Positions 6,963-12,489 of a stretch of DNA of 17,568 nt are shown piece after piece. The DNA lies in IMG/VR virus record IMGVR_UViG_2974624538_000001, positions 110,771 to 128,338 of that record. One strand, given 5' to 3'. How positions within the stretch are numbered: the first letter of the stretch is position 1; each line of letters begins with the position of its first letter. Under the pieces are notes generated by a model, which was given only the letters and a program-made list of their open reading frames with translations, did not search any database and was not told the origin of the DNA. Source of the stretch: a virus. Taxonomy: Duplodnaviria; Heunggongvirae; Uroviricota; Caudoviricetes. The position numbers and the translations under genes are program-made.

Positions 6963-7145
6963 ATGATGATGATTCCCGCTCCCCGTGTCGAGTCGTTCCC
7001 GTGCCGTGAGACGGGCTGTGATGGCTTCTACGTGCCTTACAGCGATGGTCTGATGGTTTGCTACGACGGACACGTTTCTAGCCTCTCTGTGGACGACGTA
7101 GACCTTCCGGTCGGTGCTCTTGTGCCTGTCCTGGAAGAGTGCTAA
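6963..7145 (+). CDS. Hypothetical protein, 60 aa, possible Zn ribbon (CxxxxC...CxxxH)
   Basis: AAAGGA SD; CRETGC and CYDGH. Confidence 0.72.
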   Translation: MMMIPAPRVESFPCRETGCDGFYVPYSDGLMVCYDGHVSSLSVDDVDLPVGALVPVLEEC

Positions 7146-7148
7146 GGT
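7120..7148 (+). promoter_or_regulatory. Promoter TTGTGC-17-TAAGGT
   Basis: Weak -35, but the -10 and downstream CCAACGCAAG match the promoter at 6275-6303. Confidence 0.55.
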
Positions 7149-7208
7149 TGTTCCAACGCAAGGGGCTGCGGTCGGCCCCTTGCAAGCTTCCCTAAGGATG
7201 GAGTTGTA

Positions 7209-7424
7209 ATGACTGAGCCTTCAGAGAATCGTATCATTACCTTTCTCATTGGACTGGGTTTGCTTATTGCCTCTGTGGCTGTAATCTGGTTCACGGTTTG
7301 GCTGATTATCGATACAGAAAATCAGTGGGAACTGGAGCAAAAGAAGCAGGATGCTTGTCTTAAGACTGGTGGACTGTGGATTGACAATCGGAACACAGAT
7401 GGATATTGTTACCACAACAAGTAA
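7209..7424 (+). CDS. Small single-pass membrane protein with C-terminal Cys pair, 71 aa
   Basis: Transmembrane segment; CLKTGGLWID...GYC. Confidence 0.82.
   Translation: MTEPSENRIITFLIGLGLLIASVAVIWFTVWLIIDTENQWELEQKKQDACLKTGGLWIDNRNTDGYCYHNK
7381..7409 (+). promoter_or_regulatory. Promoter TTGACA-17-TATTGT
   Basis: Exact -35 inside the upstream gene; hairpin element at 7431-7453. Confidence 0.6.
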
Positions 7425-7474
7425 GAAACCGCCCGGCTATGCTGGGCAAGCTTCCCTAACTAAGGAGATTAGGA

Positions 7475-7726
7475 ATGATTGACCCTACGCAATTTGAGCG
7501 CATTGAGGTTCGCTGTGCACGTCGGCATCCTATGGGTGGCGAGTATGGTCCATTTCGTGTAGTTGGAATCACCAATAGTGGAGATTCCATCTTTGAGGGT
7601 GATGGTGATTCTGAAACTGTTCTTTACGAGGACATTCCCACTAAGCAAATTGCCAACAAGGTCCTTGATGTCTACCTGACTGATTATGTCAAGGATAGGT
7701 ATTTCAGTGGATATATGGACTGCTGA
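7475..7726 (+). CDS. Hypothetical protein, 83 aa
   Basis: AAGGAG SD in cassette context. Confidence 0.8.
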   Translation: MIDPTQFERIEVRCARRHPMGGEYGPFRVVGITNSGDSIFEGDGDSETVLYEDIPTKQIANKVLDVYLTDYVKDRYFSGYMDC

Positions 7727-7787
7727 AATCCGGCCGGGCTCGCAATAACCCGGCAAGCTTCCCAACTGTCTAATCAAAGGAAAAATC

Positions 7788-8288
7788 ATGGTTGGAAATG
7801 AAGAGGAAGCTCGTATCATTGCCCTCTGGGAATTCGATGAGGTGGATGAATATGAGTATCAGCCTCCCGATGGGTTTGAGTACATCGGTGAGGGAGCCAG
7901 CAGGATTGCATTCCGTAGTTTTGCTACTGGAGTGGTGTACAAGCGACATTACTACTCAGATGATGACACCAACGAATTCGAATACAAGGCGATTGAGAGG
8001 ATTAAGCAAATCCCTCTCAAGGGCTGGAGAGTTCCAGATGCTACTCTGTATGTGGTTGAAGAGCAGCAAATCATAGCAATGGAATATGTTGAGGGTGGAA
8101 TGGATGTTCACTGTCAGCGTTCCTACTCATTCTGGAACAAGCCGTGTAATTGCGGAAAGCCTCTGGGAACGTGCAGTGCTGAAGCGTGGGAGCAGCCTCA
8201 AGGAAAGTGGCGGGTTTCAGATTTGCATGTAGGCAATATCGTAATTGATGACAATGGAATCAGAGTGCTTATCGACCTAGGCGCTTGA
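7788..8288 (+). CDS. Minimal protein-kinase-like (RIO/APH-type fold) protein, copy 1, 166 aa
   Basis: YIGEGASR loop, VVYK lysine, EYK, IAMEYV hinge, DLHVGN catalytic loop and LIDLG; ends one residue later. Confidence 0.85.
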   Translation: MVGNEEEARIIALWEFDEVDEYEYQPPDGFEYIGEGASRIAFRSFATGVVYKRHYYSDDDTNEFEYKAIERIKQIPLKGWRVPDATLYVVEEQQIIAMEYVEGGMDVHCQRSYSFWNKPCNCGKPLGTCSAEAWEQPQGKWRVSDLHVGNIVIDDNGIRVLIDLGA

Positions 8289-8314
8289 CTCCAACTGCTC
8301 AGTCATGCTAGGCT
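8285..8314 (+). promoter_or_regulatory. Promoter TTGACT-18-TAGGCT overlapping the kinase stop and the hairpin element
   Basis: Consensus-type -10; hairpin 8297-8318 followed by AAGCTT. Confidence 0.72.
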
Positions 8315-8342
8315 GAGCAAGCTTCGGAACAAAGGAGAAAGA

Positions 8343-8483
8343 ATGCCTAAGCGTCAGATGCCCAAGCCTCGTAACCCTCGTATGAACAAGACGATGGAAT
8401 ATCGTAAGGGCTCTGGTGATTTTCCGACAATGAGTAAGCCTCGCTACTCTCGTAAGGTCAAGTACATTCGAAAGGAATCGTAA
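8343..8483 (+). CDS. Very basic 46-aa protein (MPKRQMPKPRNPRMNKTMEYRKGSGDFPTMSKPRYSRKVKYIRKES)
   Basis: AAAGGAG SD; not in the ORF track. Confidence 0.78.
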   Translation: MPKRQMPKPRNPRMNKTMEYRKGSGDFPTMSKPRYSRKVKYIRKES

Positions 8484-8533
8484 TGAACGGTCATTGCTGG
8501 TGTGGTGCTGAGTATCCCTGCCTCAAGCACTGA
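8483..8533 (+). CDS. Candidate 16-aa Cys/His micropeptide (MNGHCWCGAEYPCLKH)
   Basis: TAATG coupling, AAAGGA SD, and it exactly fills the gap to the next promoter. Confidence 0.45.
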   Translation: MNGHCWCGAEYPCLKH

Positions 8534-8536
8534 GGG

Positions 8537-8566
8537 TTGACAGCCTGGAGTCTGGTAGGGTAGGGT
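8537..8566 (+). promoter_or_regulatory. Promoter TTGACA-18-TAGGGT
   Basis: Exact -35; hairpin element at 8579-8610. Confidence 0.72.
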
Positions 8567-8654
8567 TGTAGTCACAAGGGCGGGGGAGGAAAACCAAACC
8601 CGCCAAGCTAGGAGGCACCAACGGGTCCTCCGAAATATTCTAGGGAGAAAAGAT

Positions 8655-9044
8655 ATGCGTAAGCTGCACTTCACTGACCCTGAGCTTAAGAACTTTGCTC
8701 TTCGCGGCACGAATGCAATTCGCGGCGGTATGGAGCTGCTTCATGTGCACATCAAGACTGGTTACAATTCTTTCGGTTCCTTCGCTACTCGAATGGACAG
8801 TCTTACTCAGGCTTATGAGCTTCCGACCCATGTGATTCACAAGATGATTACTGGTGGAGATTCCGAGCGAACGGAAATGCAGTGGGTCTACTTTATCAAC
8901 AAGTACGGGAGTGTCCGCCCCACTTTTCTTGCTGACTCTGGTGTGATTCCTTATGTCGGCTCTGGTGGCTCTGTTCTCAACGACAGCAATTTCCTTCTTG
9001 ACCTTGGTGCCCTTCGTAAGTTCGGCATTGAGGTTGACTACTGA
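8655..9044 (+). CDS. Hypothetical protein, 129 aa
   Basis: AGGGAG SD; cassette context. Confidence 0.8.
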   Translation: MRKLHFTDPELKNFALRGTNAIRGGMELLHVHIKTGYNSFGSFATRMDSLTQAYELPTHVIHKMITGGDSERTEMQWVYFINKYGSVRPTFLADSGVIPYVGSGGSVLNDSNFLLDLGALRKFGIEVDY

Positions 9045-9063
9045 GGTAGTCATGGGCTACAGT
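9034..9063 (+). promoter_or_regulatory. Promoter TTGACT-18-TACAGT overlapping hairpin 9054-9076
   Basis: The -35 is encoded by the last codons (EVDY) of the upstream gene. Confidence 0.55.
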
Positions 9064-9116
9064 AGAAGCGTAGCCCAAGCTTGCAACACCCCATCGTAAA
9101 CCAACACTAAGGATGA

Positions 9117-9521
9117 ATGATGAACAAGGGTCTCAAGGTCGCTGGTCTCGCTGTTGCTGGTGTGGTTGCTCTGACTGCCTGTGAGGGTGGTTCGGGAACC
9201 GTTCACTACAAGAGTGGCAAGGCTGGGACTGTTGTTGGGAAGTCTACCAAGGGTGGAACGTACAAGCTGACCACCAAGAGCGGCGGTAAGAAGAAGACGT
9301 TTGAGGTCTTCTCTTCGGTCTACTTCGACTGTGGAATGTTCAGCTACTACCCCACGTGCGTAAAGTCGCCTAAGCCGGTTTCTACTCCTACCAAGAATGG
9401 CGGGGGTAAGAACACGACTCCCAAGAACAACAAGACTTCCCCCAAGAAGGACACCACCAAGAAGAGCAACGGATTTGGTGGATTCAAGAGTGGCGGATTT
9501 TCTTCCAGCAAGAAGCGGTAA
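9117..9521 (+). CDS. Lipoprotein with low-complexity K/T/P/N/G-rich tail, 134 aa
   Basis: Basic N-terminus, hydrophobic core and lipobox LTA-C; small beta-rich domain, then a disordered basic tail. Confidence 0.85.
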   Translation: MMNKGLKVAGLAVAGVVALTACEGGSGTVHYKSGKAGTVVGKSTKGGTYKLTTKSGGKKKTFEVFSSVYFDCGMFSYYPTCVKSPKPVSTPTKNGGGKNTTPKNNKTSPKKDTTKKSNGFGGFKSGGFSSSKKR

Positions 9522-9569
9522 TCCGGCAAAAAAGTTCCTTATCGTAAAAGAATAATTCATTGAGCAATC

Positions 9570-9599
9570 ATCCCCCTGGCTTCGGCCAGGGGGATTTTT
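9570..9599 (+). terminator. Strong intrinsic terminator
   Basis: ATCCCCCTGGC-TTCG-GCCAGGGGGAT followed by a T-rich tract. Confidence 0.9.
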
Positions 9600-9621
9600 G
9601 TGTTTTCATTTTCAATTTTCA

Positions 9622-9702
9622 AAATTTGTGGCAAAATTTTGAACCATCGTAAAGGGGAATTCTGAAATTTTTGTGGCATTTTTTTCGACCATCGTAAAGG
9701 GG
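9622..9702. repeat. Two imperfect ~45-bp tandem repeats ending in CCATCGTAAAGGGG
   Basis: TTTGTGGCA...CCATCGTAAAGGGG, with cores at 9644-9657 and 9689-9702; ATCGTAAA also occurs at 9093 and 9541. Confidence 0.85.
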
Positions 9703-9762
9703 CTTCTGCCGGAATCGGACATGTCGGGCTCGCCCCGCTTCGCGGGGCTTCGCCCTCCTTTA

Positions 9763-9785
9763 TACCAAATTGTACCAATTTGGTA
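9763..9785. repeat. Perfect 10-bp inverted repeat TACCAAATTG-TAC-CAATTTGGTA
   Basis: Read directly; preceded by a GC hairpin at 9726-9754. Confidence 0.8.
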
Positions 9786-10060
9786 GTGTTTGTCCTGGTA
9801 TGTACCCGAATGTCCGATTTTCCCGAATCTCCAGTCGGCACGGAAGATTTTACCCTCAAGAGGGTTGACTAATTGCCAGGGCATAGAGTACGCGCATGAA
9901 TTCCGGGCCTGCCTGGTTTCGAGCGTCCGGCCGTGCCGTGCCGACACGTCCCGAGCCGACGAGCGACCGGATAGTTTAACCCTAAACTATTAGGCCGGCA
10001 AATCATTTCATTAGCTAACTAAATAGTTAGCCTGCCTAAGCTGTTACAGTCCGGCCGGAA

Positions 10061-10197
10061 GATTGTAGCAATCAATGTAGCAATACAAATGTTGCTACAA
10101 TCTGGGATTGTTGAACGTTCAATAGTCAGAATCTAAGAGGTTGAACGTTCAACGAAAATTTGTGTTGTGGATTGTAGCAATACATAGCGTGCTACAA
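10061..10197. repeat. Array of TGTAGCA inverted repeats flanking two TTGAACGTTCAA palindromes
   Basis: GATTGTAGCAA 10061 and TTGCTACAATC 10092; palindromes at 10111-10122 and 10141-10152; TTGTAGCA 10172 and TGCTACAA 10190. Confidence 0.85.
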
Positions 10198-10239
10198 CGT
10201 CAGTCGGCGGGATTAGTTGAAATCTGTACTTCCACAGGC

Positions 10240-10515
10240 TGTGGATAAATCTGTGGATAAGTTCGTTACTCTGTGCAATGTTACTTCACAGTATGTGAGA
10301 AAAGCTCTGTACGCCTTTCTAAGAGCCTTTCAGCGGGTGGCACGTCCAACCACCCTAGGACACCCGCGAAAGGCCGTTAGACGCGAATTTCACGCTGTGT
10401 AGTATCTGACGGACCGTTGGGAAACCATAGAAAACCGCAGGTCAGACAGCGTTTCGGCATTTATGAAGGGTTGTTGAATAACTCCGCACTGTCACTCTCT
10501 GCTGACTGTGGATAA
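10240..10515 (-). promoter_or_regulatory. Three perfect DnaA boxes (TTATCCACA on the minus strand)
   Basis: TGTGGATAA at 10240-10248, 10252-10260 and 10507-10515. Confidence 0.75.
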
Positions 10516-10718
10516 CTTTTCTTTACCAAGTCTTTACCGAAAAGGGCTTGACAAAGTGACAAAAATTTGCCTACCCAGGGTGGCCGGCCACTTAGGTAAA
10601 ATTTTGGTAACGAATCTCAGAAACGCTTGACAATGAGCCGACCGGAAGCTATTTACGCGCAGCGTGCACGCTCCGGGTGTGATGGGAGCGGCTAGGTTAC
10701 TCGCCGGTTAACTAACTG

Positions 10719-10734
10719 TGTGACGCACGTCACA
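10719..10734. promoter_or_regulatory. Perfect CRP/GlxR-type site TGTGA-N6-TCACA
   Basis: TGTGA-CGCACG-TCACA, within the longer inverted repeat 10718-10735. Confidence 0.6.
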
Positions 10735-10746
10735 CGAACAATGGAC

Positions 10747-10935
10747 TTGCAATCCGGGCCGGTTTCCTGGAGAGTCTTCCTTGTCAGAACGGAACGGCGG
10801 AACGGGAAACCGGGAAGTCGGGAAGGGAAGACAAAGCGGGACCGACTCTGATAGAGTCGGAGACGCACCGGAGGAAAGGCCCGAAAGGGCCGAGTACAAA
10901 GGAATGCGCGGTTGCTTGAGAACTCAATAGTGGAT
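10747..10935 (+). promoter_or_regulatory. rRNA-operon-like promoter and antitermination leader (boxB-like hairpin, boxA/CL2-like motif)
   Basis: CTGATAGAGTCGG (-10 TAGAGT 10852-10857), CCGGAGGAAAG, GGCCC-GAAA-GGGCC, GAGTACAAAGGAA, GTTGCTTGAGAACTCAATAGTG. The order and words match actinobacterial rrn leaders as I recall them; not database-checked. Confidence 0.75.
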
Positions 10936-10941
10936 ACAGAA

Positions 10942-11250
10942 ACACATTACGCACCATAGAGCGCTAAAGCGTCCCTAGTCCGTGAATTCTGCGGGGAATA
11001 CGCCAATACATTGTTAGCGCGAATCGGTATTCTCGGCACTTTGCCAGAATTAGCGAAAAGACATTCTCTCCCTGCGCAGTGTGAGCGCATATCGAATGTG
11101 GCGGATATCCGGGCGGTAGACCGGGTGTGAATATCCAATCCGAGTAGCGAAATTCAGCGGGTGTTTTGTTTATTGGTCAATGGTGTGCCGTGTCCCGATT
11201 ATCTAGGGACTGTGGCTTTAGACGCTTACCCTTTCGAGCGTCTAGTGTCC
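10942..11250 (+). ncRNA. Candidate structured leader/ncRNA
   Basis: No credible ORF; many nested stems, e.g. 10950-57/11180-87, 10985-91/11045-51, 10994-11001/11027-34, 11061-66/11094-99, 11073-77/11085-89 and 11103-08/11131-36. Confidence 0.5.
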
Positions 11251-11282
11251 ACATGTGATTAGGGGAAGAAAGCTGAGGAATC

Positions 11283-11588
11283 ATGACCACTGCCAAGAGC
11301 ACTGCCAAGCGTCCGGCGCGCAAGCCTGCCGAGACTGCCGACAGTGACCCTCAGAACGTCGCAGGATGGACGTTCAAGGCTCCGCGCAAGCCGCGCGGGT
11401 GGAAGAGTGCCGGTACCGTCTCTCTGGCCCGTCAGACGCCGGATGAGCCGTCCGGCGGGTGGCACAAGGTGTGCCGTGCCCTGTGGAACATGGGTGAGGC
11501 GGCCGAAACCGCAACGGGCGGGAATGCGTATTACGCCCGTCGCCGTGACGCGATTGTCTCGCGTCTGGAATCCTTCCTTTCCAAGTAG
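11283..11588 (+). CDS. Hypothetical basic protein, 101 aa; first gene of the second operon
   Basis: GAGGA SD; followed by intergenic hairpins. Confidence 0.78.
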   Translation: MTTAKSTAKRPARKPAETADSDPQNVAGWTFKAPRKPRGWKSAGTVSLARQTPDEPSGGWHKVCRALWNMGEAAETATGGNAYYARRRDAIVSRLESFLSK

Positions 11589-11716
11589 CTAAACCGTCTC
11601 TTCCGGTTTTGGCGCTTATCTCCCGTAGGTAGGCGCACAATGCCGGATTGAGGCAAAGGAAAGTCAACCAACTAAACTCCCCTAATCGCTTGCGGACACT
11701 AGAAAGGAAAAAGGAA

Positions 11717-12115
11717 ATGGACGCAATTACCCGCAAGATTGCTCTTGCCGAGTTGCGGAAGCTGAAAGCGCGGGAAGCGGAATACCGCGCGGAAGTTGAC
11801 GAATGGTACCGGGCGGGGGACGGACGTTCCCCGCGCTGGATTACCCGCCCGAACGGGCGACGCGTCAACGTCGGTGGGAAGGGTTACGCCTTTCCCTACT
11901 GCGAGCATGGTTCTTCCCTGTGGACGGACTATGACAACATTTGCGGCGGGTGTGAGGACGGATATTCCGTTTATCAACTCGCCCTTTGGTCGGCACAGGA
12001 AAAGGTGTCGGAATACAACAAGCGCGCGGATTGGTTGCTTTCCGCTCCGGACGCTTTCCGACACTCGGACATGTACCGGGATTTGATTGATTGGGTGGTC
12101 GCACCTATTCAGTAG
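11717..12115 (+). CDS. Hypothetical protein, 132 aa, with CEHG...DYDNICGGCE metal-binding motif
   Basis: GAAAGGA SD before ATG 11717 (track start 11648 has none). Confidence 0.82.
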   Translation: MDAITRKIALAELRKLKAREAEYRAEVDEWYRAGDGRSPRWITRPNGRRVNVGGKGYAFPYCEHGSSLWTDYDNICGGCEDGYSVYQLALWSAQEKVSEYNKRADWLLSAPDAFRHSDMYRDLIDWVVAPIQ

Positions 12116-12202
12116 TTCAGTCGGTCGGATTGGGGCGGGAAGGGGAAACCCTTCCCGCCACTCTCCCAATCAACTGAAATACAGTTGGTTAGAAAGGCAA
12201 TC

Positions 12203-12397
12203 ATGATTGTTGTTGCATTGCTCGGAGCAATTGCGCTTTGGGTAGGGGCTGCAATGGCGGTTGCCGTTATTCCGGCGTGGCTTGCAATGCTGGCACTCGG
12301 CATGATGGGTCATCCGGTGAGTTTCGCCCTGTGCTTTGTGGTGGGAACGCTTTTGTTTCTGCCTTTCTGTCGGGCGAATGTGACCGTTCGGAACTAA
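12203..12397 (+). CDS. Small membrane protein, 64 aa
   Basis: GAAAGG SD before ATG 12203; almost entirely hydrophobic. Confidence 0.75.
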   Translation: MIVVALLGAIALWVGAAMAVAVIPAWLAMLALGMMGHPVSFALCFVVGTLLFLPFCRANVTVRN

Positions 12398-12489
12398 CGG
12401 TTTGGGGGTCTGCCTTTTCTCCGGAAGGGGGAAAGGCATTCCACCCCAATCCGCTAGACGAAAAGCGGTGTCCTGAAAGGGTAAAACGA

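Larger units (their letters stand above)
432..9082 (+). repeat. Dispersed intergenic element: G-C-closed hairpin + AAGCTT(CC/G), mostly followed by SD and start; 18-19 copies
   Basis: AAGCTT directly follows a hairpin at 465, 1040, 1272, 1506, 2362, 3921, 4282, 4976, 5844, 6102, 6357, 7184, 7448, 7755, 8319 and 9077. Variants are TAGCTT 694, AAGCTA 8605 and TAGCTG 6292. Stems differ in sequence but always pair and always end in C. Confidence 0.93.

Noticed and set aside
432-9082. CRISPR array or integron attC cassettes
   Set aside because: The repeats are not identical, the spacers are whole genes, and there are no cas or integrase genes and no GTTRRRY cores.
10548-10655. Promoters at TTGACA 10548 and 10627
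   Set aside because: The best -10 matches (TACCCA, TATTTA) lack the conserved final T; possible but unsupported.
9557-11138. Track ORFs within the non-coding block
   Set aside because: They run through repeats and palindromes, lack SDs, and give low-complexity or implausible products.
10935-11280. rRNA gene after the rrn-like leader
   Set aside because: No 16S 5' signature (AGAGTTTGATC...) or other rRNA sequence; protein genes follow.
12238-12489. 84-aa N-terminal extension of kinase copy 2
   Set aside because: It overlaps the membrane gene and the intergenic hairpin; an SD supports ATG 12490.
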